DNA of 58,799 nucleotides, taken from the IMG/VR virus record IMGVR_UViG_3300046779_002192, positions 1 through 58,799 of that record; one strand, given 5' to 3'. A program made the translations under genes and the position numbers. This document shows positions 28,205 to 36,942 of this stretch, in pieces. This stretch comes from a virus (lineage: Duplodnaviria; Caudoviricetes). Every line of letters begins with the position of its first letter. The stretch's first letter is position 1. The notes beneath the pieces were generated by a model. It did no database searches, was not told where the DNA came from, and saw only the letters and a program-made list of their open reading frames with translations.

Positions 28205-28965
28205 TGAAATAATGTTCTCCATTGTGGACCATATTTTTCTGCCATAACAATATTCATTTCAACATAAGCTTCTTTATCTAAAGTTTGATACGATTCATCT
28301 CCAACATTGTTTAGATAAGTGTATTGACCATGATGATTTATGAAAACTTTATTGCATATAAATATTTCTTTGCCCAATTTGTGCAAGCTGGTGTAGAAAT
28401 CTTTACCAGAACCATAGCATCGGGTGAGTCTATGGTCTTGTCCACCAACGGCATTCCAATCTTCTTTTCTGACTATTATTGGACTAGTATCATCTAAATT
28501 GATTACATCATTTACGTTTGGTAATAATTTAATAAAATCTGGTTTATTCTTATCGTAAACAACAATTCTGTCACCAATATAAACTGGTGTGGCTTCTTGG
28601 TTCAACGATGGATGCACAACTGCAACATTATTGTTTTTTTCCAAAAACTCAACCATTGGCTCAATAAAATCAACATTTTCATCAAATGTCATATCATTGT
28701 GCATATAAAGAACATATTTAACATCATTTTTTCTATTAAAATAATGCGCGCCAGTTAAAATACCTCCCATAGTTCTTGTATTAACAATGTTTCTTATTGT
28801 AGTATATTTTGATGGTGGTGCTTTGTCAGATGCATTATCTACTACACAAATTTCATAATCATAATTTGATTTTTTTAAAGTCCTAATAAGCAAATCGTGT
28901 ACATAATCTGTCTCTCTCGGAAGATTATAATTTAGTAACACAATTCCAACTTTTGGTAAATTCAT
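28201..28965 (-). CDS. Glycosyltransferase, GT2-like
   Basis: VGIVLLNYN, ICVVDNAS, YVLYMHND, WNAVGG; paralog of 30623..31441. Confidence 0.8.
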   Translation of the reverse strand: MNLPKVGIVLLNYNLPRETDYVHDLLIRTLKKSNYDYEICVVDNASDKAPPSKYTTIRNIVNTRTMGGILTGAHYFNRKNDVKYVLYMHNDMTFDENVDFIEPMVEFLEKNNNVAVVHPSLNQEATPVYIGDRIVVYDKNKPDFIKLLPNVNDVINLDDTSPIIVRKEDWNAVGGQDHRLTRCYGSGKDFYTSLHKLGKEIFICNKVFINHHGQYTYLNNVGDESYQTLDKEAYVEMNIVMAEKYGPQWRTLFQ

Positions 28966-28976
28966 TTTTTCTCCAA

Positions 28977-29288
28977 TTATATTATATATTTATCATCTGT
29001 TATAGATGGTGTTTTAATGACTAACACACAAGCATCCTCTACACACTCAAATCTATTAGTTTGTAATGGAACTATCTTTACTATATCTCCATCAGAATAA
29101 ACATTGTCTAACATCTTTACTTTACCATAGACAATAATCGTATATTCAGTAATTATTTTATGATAATGTTCTTCGTCAATTTGACCTTTTTTATAATATT
29201 TCAAACCAATTTCAATATCTTTTGTTTTCAAAATTGAAGGTTCAAAATCACCAACAATCCAACCCTTTATAAAATCTTTAATATTCAT
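28977..29288 (-). CDS. Cupin-domain protein
   Basis: GWIVGDFEPS, HYHKIITEYTII..G; a type of small cupin typical of polysaccharide loci. Confidence 0.75.
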   Translation of the reverse strand: MNIKDFIKGWIVGDFEPSILKTKDIEIGLKYYKKGQIDEEHYHKIITEYTIIVYGKVKMLDNVYSDGDIVKIVPLQTNRFECVEDACVLVIKTPSITDDKYII

Positions 29289-29289
29289 A

Positions 29290-30003
29290 TTATTTTCTCT
29301 TTAGATAATTGTTTAGGTCTTCTGGAGTACCTATTCCGTGCATCTTATCCACGTAAAACGGCAACAGTAACTTATTATCTAGCACATATTCATTATAAAC
29401 TGGTGCGATGTAGAACTCATTATTTACTCTAATATTTTTTTCTATCATCTGTTTGGTGTACTGTACAAATTCAGAGCCTTTTCTATACCAATAGATTCCA
29501 CAAGTCGCTATATTAGAGATTGGATTTTTCTCTTGTAGTTCAGTTATAATTCCTCTTGAATTTGTCTTAACAAATGACCATTTTGGATGTACCGCATTAA
29601 AGGTGAAGATAATACCATCAGCATTTGTAAATGATTTTAATAATTTAAAGTTTTCTGCGCTATATTCAATTAATTGGTCAGAATTAGCAATCAACAATTC
29701 TTCATCATTGTCTATAAGATGTTCGGCAAGCAATGCAGTACATGCAGCACCTTCTGTTAAACCATCTACTTCGACAATCTTTGTGTTGTTGTTAGTAATT
29801 CTATTTAAAGTTTCACGCAACCCAGAATATTTAACTAAATGCTCCTTTCGTACTAAAAAAATATATGTTGAATTGAAATCCAAATTTTCAACTACAGATT
29901 GAATCATTGGTTTTCCTTCAACATCAATTAATGGTTTTGGAAATGTATAGCCTTCTTTTGCAAACCTACTACCTTCCCCAGCCATAGGAATAAGAATTTT
30001 CAT
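29290..30003 (-). CDS. Sugar-phosphate nucleotidyltransferase (NTP_transferase, BcbE-like)
   Basis: LIPMAGEGSRF...PKPLI, TEGAACT, NSDQ, EKNPIS.ATCGIY, NEFYIAPVYN, GTPEDL. Confidence 0.88.
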   Translation of the reverse strand: MKILIPMAGEGSRFAKEGYTFPKPLIDVEGKPMIQSVVENLDFNSTYIFLVRKEHLVKYSGLRETLNRITNNNTKIVEVDGLTEGAACTALLAEHLIDNDEELLIANSDQLIEYSAENFKLLKSFTNADGIIFTFNAVHPKWSFVKTNSRGIITELQEKNPISNIATCGIYWYRKGSEFVQYTKQMIEKNIRVNNEFYIAPVYNEYVLDNKLLLPFYVDKMHGIGTPEDLNNYLKRK

Positions 30004-30611
30004 ATATGATTCTCCAATAACTTTATGTCAACTTCTTCTTGATTCTTAACTCTAATAACATTCGCACCAGATAATGTTGCTGCTTTAAAGCCATTATCAG
30101 AATCTTCAATGATTATAACTTTATCTGGTGTAATGTCAAGCCTTTTCATAGATAAAATATAACCTTCTGGGTTTGGTTTTGGGCTAGTTACATCTTGATT
30201 AGTTACTACAAAATCAAAATAATCAAGAATACCTGTTTTTTCTAACATAAGATTTGCTGTTTTTCGTATACTATTGGTATAACATACTATTTTTATATCT
30301 TTAGAACGTAAAAATTTCATTAATTCAACTTTTTCGTTTCTTATAAAAGCGTATTGATTAATAGCATCTATTGTTTTTATTTGTTTTAATTCTTCAATTC
30401 TATTGAATAGCTCTAAATCATTATTTATGATTTTCTTATCTGCCAATTTTTTTAACTTAGTTTTAGTTGGAAGACCGTTATATTCTTTATAATGTTCTTC
30501 TAAACTAATTTCATATTTACATACTTCTTTTAATGCTTCATTGAGTGCAATTCTGTGCCACTCACAAGCATCTACCAAAACACCATCTAAATCAAATATT
30601 ACTGCCTTCAT
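30000..30611 (-). CDS. HAD-superfamily phosphatase / phosphomutase
   Basis: FDLDGVLVD (motif I), TNS, KPNP, IEDS..G. Confidence 0.9.
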   Translation of the reverse strand: MKAVIFDLDGVLVDACEWHRIALNEALKEVCKYEISLEEHYKEYNGLPTKTKLKKLADKKIINNDLELFNRIEELKQIKTIDAINQYAFIRNEKVELMKFLRSKDIKIVCYTNSIRKTANLMLEKTGILDYFDFVVTNQDVTSPKPNPEGYILSMKRLDITPDKVIIIEDSDNGFKAATLSGANVIRVKNQEEVDIKLLENHI

Positions 30612-30622
30612 AATACACCTAC

Positions 30623-31441
30623 CTATGGTTTAAATCCGTCATTTATACTGAGCCAGAGATATAACAACTCTTTCGGAACATCGCTTGGGATAGAGTTGTA
30701 CATTATCTTCATCCAATTTTCGCCGTACTTTTCATTCATTCCATTAAACATATTGGTCCTAGCCAAAGGTATAAACTCAGACTTTTGTAGTTTTTCTTTT
30801 GTTATATCTTTATTGGTATAGGAAGTAAACGCATTATGAAATATACCAACTTTATCAGTTATATAAGTTCTATATCCATTTAAATGCATTTGAAACGGTA
30901 TATCGTAATCCAATCCCCAACCATAAAAGAATCTATTATCTAATAAATTGGGACCACATTTTTCCCAAGCATCTCTGGAAATCATTGGACATATGAACTC
31001 AACAAAACTTTCTTTTCTGGTTTCTGATTCTGTCATTTTGTTCATTCTATTATATGGGTGTAGAATGTTTTGTTGATATGGATGAATTTGACCACAATCT
31101 TTCTTGCTTTTCATTTCTTCATACATAATAGAAATTAAATCTTTATTATCTATAAATTTTGCATCATTTACAAAAAGTATATAAGCATCATATTTTTGAT
31201 TATTTTTGTTTTGTAATGTAAAGTCTGCGTATTGTTTTAATAAATTAAAACCACGAGTCATTCTACATCCATCAGATACCCATAGTGAAGTATGTTTGGA
31301 TAAAAGATTTAATTGTGAACCAGTTTCAATTACATATAAGTCGTAATCAACATTTTTAGTACATTCAATTATTTTTTCACACAAACTATCTGTTAGTTGT
31401 GGATAGTTGTGCGATACAACTAAAACTGCTACCCTATCCAT
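30623..31441 (-). CDS. Glycosyltransferase, GT2-like
   Basis: VAVLVVSHN, YVIETGS, ILFVND, YGWGLDYD. Start at ATG 31441 with SD AGGAG. Confidence 0.7.
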   Translation of the reverse strand: MDRVAVLVVSHNYPQLTDSLCEKIIECTKNVDYDLYVIETGSQLNLLSKHTSLWVSDGCRMTRGFNLLKQYADFTLQNKNNQKYDAYILFVNDAKFIDNKDLISIMYEEMKSKKDCGQIHPYQQNILHPYNRMNKMTESETRKESFVEFICPMISRDAWEKCGPNLLDNRFFYGWGLDYDIPFQMHLNGYRTYITDKVGIFHNAFTSYTNKDITKEKLQKSEFIPLARTNMFNGMNEKYGENWMKIMYNSIPSDVPKELLYLWLSINDGFKP

Positions 31442-32265
31442 CTTCTCTCTCCTTCTTTTGAGCAATGCTCTATACCTCTGTCAATCATTATTTGTACCTT
31501 TATGTGTTCTATTTGTTCATGATTTATATTTCTATCTTGATAAGACATAAATTCATACGAAACATTGTTATCACAATAATTTGTTTCTACAGCAGCACCC
31601 GCAAGTGAATACTGTGTTAGATATTTTTTTAATCTATATCCTTTGTTGCAAATAAGCCATATGCTATATAAAAGAAAATCAAAACTTATAAAATTTGTTA
31701 TAATTTGATTATAATTTTCATGTTTTAAAAGCCATTCAAAAAATTCATTAAATTTATTTTTTTCATAAACACAAATTTCATTAAACCACCAATAAAGACT
31801 AAAATTTTCTGTTTCATTTATTAATAAACTATCATTATTATATCCAACCAATTGTGATAGTTCAATTAAATGTTCTTTTCTGAATCTGTAATTGCTCTTG
31901 AAGTACCTAGTTTGGTCTATACTGGCATAGACGATATCGGTGTCCATTGGTTTAACGAACAACGTTTCACAATCAAACACGCCAACATATTGGTACTCTT
32001 TTAACAGTTGATTAACGGCATAAAATTTTTTTATCGTTATTATATTCTCATTATTTTTTGGTTGAAAACCTAATATTATTTTATCCCATTTTAAATGGTT
32101 TAAATTTAAATTTACAATTTTATTATAAAAAAGATTATATTCATATAAATTTGTAAATATAAAATACAACTTTGTATTTATATTTTTGTTATGAGTTATC
32201 AATGCTTGGATAGCATAATCATAGTCTGGTGGATAGATTGGTATGGCTGTACAAGATATCTGCAT
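31429..32265 (-). CDS. Hypothetical protein, possibly a GT-A glycosyltransferase (DxE motif)
   Basis: IKKFYA...YVGVFDCETLFVKP resembles a GT-A DxD region; lies inside the glycosylation island. Confidence 0.45.
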   Translation of the reverse strand: MQISCTAIPIYPPDYDYAIQALITHNKNINTKLYFIFTNLYEYNLFYNKIVNLNLNHLKWDKIILGFQPKNNENIITIKKFYAVNQLLKEYQYVGVFDCETLFVKPMDTDIVYASIDQTRYFKSNYRFRKEHLIELSQLVGYNNDSLLINETENFSLYWWFNEICVYEKNKFNEFFEWLLKHENYNQIITNFISFDFLLYSIWLICNKGYRLKKYLTQYSLAGAAVETNYCDNNVSYEFMSYQDRNINHEQIEHIKVQIMIDRGIEHCSKEGERRWIG

Positions 32266-32267
32266 AT

Positions 32268-32948
32268 TTAACTATACTTTTTAATACAATATTCAATTTC
32301 TTTTTGTTTTATCTCTAAATCTATGTTTTTTTGCATTTGATTGCTATGCATCCTATTGGAGATTAATGGTTCCGCAATTATTATTGGATTTCCGTAATCT
32401 ACGTATAATTTTTTATACATATCACAATCTACTAATAAAGAAAGATTTTCATCAAAATATTCTTTCCTTCTTATTGCCAACACACTTGGCGAACTAATAG
32501 TATTTTGTCCTAAATGTATATTATCATGATAAAATGGTGTCATAAGACTGTGTAATCGATGTATTGATTCACAATGATAACAAGCACTAACAAGCCACTC
32601 ATTAGGGCTTGTTTCAAATGAATAATTAATAATCTCTAATGCATTATCATTAATAAAAATATCATCCGAACACATAGGTTTTATAATATCACCACTACAT
32701 TTGCTTATTGCAAAATTAAAATTATTAGCTATTTTTCTTGGAATAGTAGAAGAATCATAGTATTTGATATCAATAAAGTTTGAGTAAACCTCTGATATTT
32801 TTTTTACCTTATCATCAACACTTTGGTCAGCTATTACTACTTCATAATTACTATATTTCTGTTTATAAATACTGTTCAATAACTCTGAGATGTAAAGCCA
32901 GCCGTTTCCATAGCACTCATACGTTGGTACTGCAATCGAAATTTTCAT
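32268..32948 (-). CDS. Glycosyltransferase family 2
   Basis: KISIAVPTY, YEVVIADQS, NFNFAISKCSGDII..CSDD, FDENL..LVD.D. Confidence 0.88.
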   Translation of the reverse strand: MKISIAVPTYECYGNGWLYISELLNSIYKQKYSNYEVVIADQSVDDKVKKISEVYSNFIDIKYYDSSTIPRKIANNFNFAISKCSGDIIKPMCSDDIFINDNALEIINYSFETSPNEWLVSACYHCESIHRLHSLMTPFYHDNIHLGQNTISSPSVLAIRRKEYFDENLSLLVDCDMYKKLYVDYGNPIIIAEPLISNRMHSNQMQKNIDLEIKQKEIEYCIKKYS

Positions 32949-34155
32949 TTTCTAAGTCCTTGATGTTGATAAATCTTACTCCATCCTCAACCAATTTGGT
33001 ATTATTTTTTAAAATTTCATCATAATAGTTCCATGCAAAAACAATAATAATATTTGGTTTAATTTTATCTATCATTGTTTTTGAAACAATTGGTATCTTT
33101 ACGTTTGGAACATATCTTCCGTGCTTTAGTTCATTGTCTTCAATAATGAAACTAATGTGTTTATCGTTTATTCCATAATAATTTAATGCAGTTGTTGCCT
33201 TAGCAGGAGAGCCATAACCAGCTATAATGTTGCTAGAACATAAAATATTAATATTTTTAACTATATTATTTTTTATATTTTGTATCTTCTTAGAAAATTC
33301 AACATAAACACTCTCTTTTGTTATACCAAATTCCTGTTCTAATGTCAGATTATCTACTATACTGTTATCAACAGCAATATCTTTATCTTTTGAAACATAT
33401 ACTCTTATAGAGCCTCCATGAGTATCTATTAATTCACATTTGTAAACAATAAACCCTAAAGATTTGAAAAAATAATTTAAAGAGGTTAGTGACCAATAGT
33501 TAACATGCTCATGATAAACATTATCAAACGTTAAATCTTTTATTGTATTTAAGAGATATTGTGCTTCAACAATAAAAGTTCCATTATCTTTTAAGATATC
33601 AAATGCATTAACAGCAATTTCTTTTATATTGTCTGCGTGTGCAAACACATTTGAAGCAATAACTAAATCAACCAACCCATGTTCTTTACGAATAAAACTT
33701 GCTACTTCTTTGTTGAAAAAATTATTTATTGTATAGATGCCATTACTATTTGCTATTTTGCTAATATTTTCTGCTGGGTCCACACCTATAACGTTTATAC
33801 CGCGTTTCTTAAATGGCATAAGGGCTGTACCGTCGTTGCTTCCTATATCAACTACTTTTGATTTAGTATCAAGCTTAAAAAATTCAGCATACTTTTCTGC
33901 TGCTTCAAAAAAATGATTTTTTGTTGTTTTAGCAGTAGAAGATAAAAATAAATAATTTTTAAACATTTTTTCTGGTTTTATAACTTTTGATAGTTGACAA
34001 TTATGGCAATTTTTGCATTTTATCATCTTTAATTCAAAAATGTCACATTCCTCTTCTTTAGATTGAAGCAAATTGTTGGCTAATGGAGAAAAGCCCAAAT
34101 CTAGGACTTCCATAAAACTGTTTGATTCACACACTCTACAATTTATCATAATCAT
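32917..34155 (-). CDS. SAM-dependent NDP-hexose C-methyltransferase (C3'-methyltransferase family)
   Basis: N-terminal Zn site CRVC...CKNC, VDIGSNDG, ASNVFAH, FDNVYHEHVNY, THGGSIR, GYGSPAKA, FAWNY. Confidence 0.9.
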   Translation of the reverse strand: MIMINCRVCESNSFMEVLDLGFSPLANNLLQSKEEECDIFELKMIKCKNCHNCQLSKVIKPEKMFKNYLFLSSTAKTTKNHFFEAAEKYAEFFKLDTKSKVVDIGSNDGTALMPFKKRGINVIGVDPAENISKIANSNGIYTINNFFNKEVASFIRKEHGLVDLVIASNVFAHADNIKEIAVNAFDILKDNGTFIVEAQYLLNTIKDLTFDNVYHEHVNYWSLTSLNYFFKSLGFIVYKCELIDTHGGSIRVYVSKDKDIAVDNSIVDNLTLEQEFGITKESVYVEFSKKIQNIKNNIVKNINILCSSNIIAGYGSPAKATTALNYYGINDKHISFIIEDNELKHGRYVPNVKIPIVSKTMIDKIKPNIIIVFAWNYYDEILKNNTKLVEDGVRFINIKDLENENFDCSTNV

Positions 34156-34844
34156 TCCTCTTCTTCAATTAGGCTGGTATCAAAAGGAGTAGAAAAAGCA
34201 AAATCTTTTCTAGATGCTTTTTTGATATTTGGTTTTTTTTCTTTTGCTAATTCATATAATGTCTTTTTATTACTGGCGCAATGCACGATACCAGTTTTAT
34301 TTGATAAACATAGATTTAATATTTTCGGAGCCATGATATCTATATAATCTTTAGTTGTATATTGGTCATAAAATGCAATATCATAAGGAAAATCATTCCC
34401 AAAAAAAGAAGTCCTTATTACCAAAGAATTTTCTAGCATTCTTACGGCTAATTCTCCCGATGCTTTACTTTTTGCATATTTGTTAATTGGGTTTATACAA
34501 TCATTGACTCTATAATCACCTTTGTTACCGTCAAAAACTTGGTCTGTTGAAATATAAATAATCCTTATGTTCATAGAAGAACATAAGGATACTAGATTGC
34601 AAGTCCCAACAATATTAACATTCATACAGTTTACAAAATCGTGTTGAGCTTTTTTAACATCCGTATAAGCAGCACAATGTATAACTAAATCAATTTTATT
34701 TGCATTAAAATAATCATTTAATTGTTGAATATTTAATATATTTAATTCTGATGATTTAGGACACAGTAAGTTATGGTTTTTATCTATTAATTTTATTAAA
34801 TGTGTGCCCAATAATCCACTACCACCAGTAATCAATATATTCAT
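34152..34844 (-). CDS. rmlD: dTDP-4-dehydrorhamnose reductase-like (compact)
   Basis: TGGSGLLG, HCAAYTDV, ISTDQVFDG, PINKYAKSK..GE; adjacent to rmlB and rmlC. Confidence 0.85.
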   Translation of the reverse strand: MNILITGGSGLLGTHLIKLIDKNHNLLCPKSSELNILNIQQLNDYFNANKIDLVIHCAAYTDVKKAQHDFVNCMNVNIVGTCNLVSLCSSMNIRIIYISTDQVFDGNKGDYRVNDCINPINKYAKSKASGELAVRMLENSLVIRTSFFGNDFPYDIAFYDQYTTKDYIDIMAPKILNLCLSNKTGIVHCASNKKTLYELAKEKKPNIKKASRKDFAFSTPFDTSLIEEEE

Positions 34845-35735
34845 CTACCACCATTTGTGGATACTGGTTTTGTGTGTTGCATCCCAACCTAAAGATTTAA
34901 TTTTACTACAATCAATTGAATATCTTAAATCTTGTCCCCATCTATTTTCTACAAATTTTATAAAAGTTTCGTCTTTTTCATACCAATTCAATATTTGATT
35001 AGCTACCTGTAGGTTTGTTTTATAATTTTCTGCACCAATATTAAAAATATCATTTTTAACATTATTTTTAATTAAGAACAATAAAGCAGAAACATTATCT
35101 TTGACATAAATCCAATCTCTAACATAACTACCATCACCATGAATTGGTATTTTCTTATCATTAGTAATACAGTTAATACATTTTGGTATTAATTTTTCTT
35201 CAAATTGTCTTTCACCATAGTTATTACTGCTTCTAGTAATAAGATAATCAAAATCATATGTTCTACTATACGATAATACAAGCATTTCTGCTGCTGCTTT
35301 TGTAGCTGAGTATGGGTTGCTCGGTTTTAGTCTGTCTGTTTCTTTGAATTTGTATTCTATAGTATCACCATATACTTCATCTGTGCTGATATGAAAGAAT
35401 AGTGGTCTTTCGTATGACGGCTTTCCTCTTATCAATTCTAATAAATTATGAACACCAAGGATGTTACTTTTAACAAACATATCAGAGCTTTTTATAGAAT
35501 TGTCAACATGACTTTCAGCAGCAAAATTAATTAGTATATCGCAAGATGGTATATGTTCAATATCGCTTATATCTTGTTTAATTAACGTATAATTCTTGTG
35601 ATTGTCCCACGGTAATTTTTCATGAGATGCATAAGTCATTTTATCAATATCATAAATTTTCCAATTTAATTTTAAGGCTTCTTCAACAAAATGACTTCCT
35701 ATAAAGCCTCTTCCGCCAGTTACTACTAAGTTCAT
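34845..35735 (-). CDS. rmlB: dTDP-glucose 4,6-dehydratase
   Basis: TGGRGFIGS, DKMTYA, NFAAESHVDNSI, HISTDEVYG, PSNPYSATKA, SNNYG.QF.EKLIP, GQDLRY. Confidence 0.95.
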   Translation of the reverse strand: MNLVVTGGRGFIGSHFVEEALKLNWKIYDIDKMTYASHEKLPWDNHKNYTLIKQDISDIEHIPSCDILINFAAESHVDNSIKSSDMFVKSNILGVHNLLELIRGKPSYERPLFFHISTDEVYGDTIEYKFKETDRLKPSNPYSATKAAAEMLVLSYSRTYDFDYLITRSSNNYGERQFEEKLIPKCINCITNDKKIPIHGDGSYVRDWIYVKDNVSALLFLIKNNVKNDIFNIGAENYKTNLQVANQILNWYEKDETFIKFVENRWGQDLRYSIDCSKIKSLGWDATHKTSIHKWW

Positions 35736-36271
35736 AATAAATCCGTAAATTTTGGTTTGTTTTTATATTCTAATAAAGACATCAAGTTAGCATCTTTATT
35801 AGATATAATAACATCTTTTTTTGGAATTGGTAGCTTAATGTCTAATATTTCATCAAATATATTAATACCATTTTCTCCGTCTTTATTGTATTCTTCTGTA
35901 AATTTATATTGTATATGTGCTTCCTCACTTAGAACACAAAATCCGTGTGCAAATCCTTTTGGAACCCAAAGCTGATTTAAATTATCATCTGATAGAGTAT
36001 AATAATAAGCTTTGGTAAAGTGTTTTGAATTAGGTCTAATATCGACTATTATATCTAATATAGAGCCTCTAGATACTCTAACGAGCTTATCTAGAGGCTT
36101 GTCCCATTGATAATGTAATCCTTTGACAACATTTTTTTTAGATATTGAATGATTATCAACTATAAAATTTTTATTAAAAAGATTCTTATTATAACTTTGA
36201 TAAAAAATTCCTCTTTCATCCTCAAATTTATTAATATTTTGTATTAAATATGGTTCATTATAATCTATCAT
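35732..36271 (-). CDS. rmlC: dTDP-4-dehydrorhamnose 3,5-epimerase
   Basis: DERGIF, NHSISKKNVVKGLHYQ, KLVRV..G.I.DI.VDIRPNS, QLWVPKGFAHGF, SNKD. Confidence 0.93.
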   Translation of the reverse strand: MIDYNEPYLIQNINKFEDERGIFYQSYNKNLFNKNFIVDNHSISKKNVVKGLHYQWDKPLDKLVRVSRGSILDIIVDIRPNSKHFTKAYYYTLSDDNLNQLWVPKGFAHGFCVLSEEAHIQYKFTEEYNKDGENGINIFDEILDIKLPIPKKDVIISNKDANLMSLLEYKNKPKFTDLL

Positions 36272-36942
36272 AAACTAACTACCAATTTTGTATATTTTTT
36301 ATTTTCTATCTTTTGTTCCAAGTTATATGTCAAAGTATTTATTCCACTATCAAAAAAATTGTCACTTTTAATAATTGAATCAAAATATTTTCTATTTTTA
36401 ATAGTTTCATCAGAAGGAGGCTTACCTAATGTATCTCCATTTGGCTCATGGCTTAGGGAAAGATACCTTCCATGTCTAAAAGATGGAATAATATTTTTTC
36501 TTTTACATCTTTCTGAGAAGTCGTTGTCTTCAACTCCCCATCCCCAATAGTTGTTTGAGAATCCATTTACTTTTTCAAAACTCTCTTTGTTTATCATTAT
36601 AACTCCACCACCAAATTCAGATTCTGGTCGTGGAATAAAATTAAATTGGCTTACAAAGTGAGACATTCTACAAGCACCATTTATGTATGAATAATCGCAA
36701 TCAGTATGTACAGGTAACATATCAATATCGTGAAAACAGAAATAATCATGAGTATCTTTTGATTCATTAAAGCCAATATTTAATAATTTGGCTCTATTGA
36801 ATGGTTTACTATCAAACTGTTCTACAATATATAAATCATATTTTATTTTAAATTGTTCTAAAAATGCTTCAATATGGGGAACAAATTTTGATAGATGTTC
36901 TTGTCTATTTCGATATGGAACAATTATGGATAAATTATGCAT
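36268..36942 (-). CDS. GT7 beta-1,4-galactosyltransferase-like glycosyltransferase
   Basis: IIVPYRNRQEHL, FNRAKLLNIGF, FHDIDMLP, FGGGV, VNGFSNNYWGWGVEDNDF..R; all hallmark GT7 motifs. Confidence 0.9.
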   Translation of the reverse strand: MHNLSIIVPYRNRQEHLSKFVPHIEAFLEQFKIKYDLYIVEQFDSKPFNRAKLLNIGFNESKDTHDYFCFHDIDMLPVHTDCDYSYINGACRMSHFVSQFNFIPRPESEFGGGVIMINKESFEKVNGFSNNYWGWGVEDNDFSERCKRKNIIPSFRHGRYLSLSHEPNGDTLGKPPSDETIKNRKYFDSIIKSDNFFDSGINTLTYNLEQKIENKKYTKLVVSL

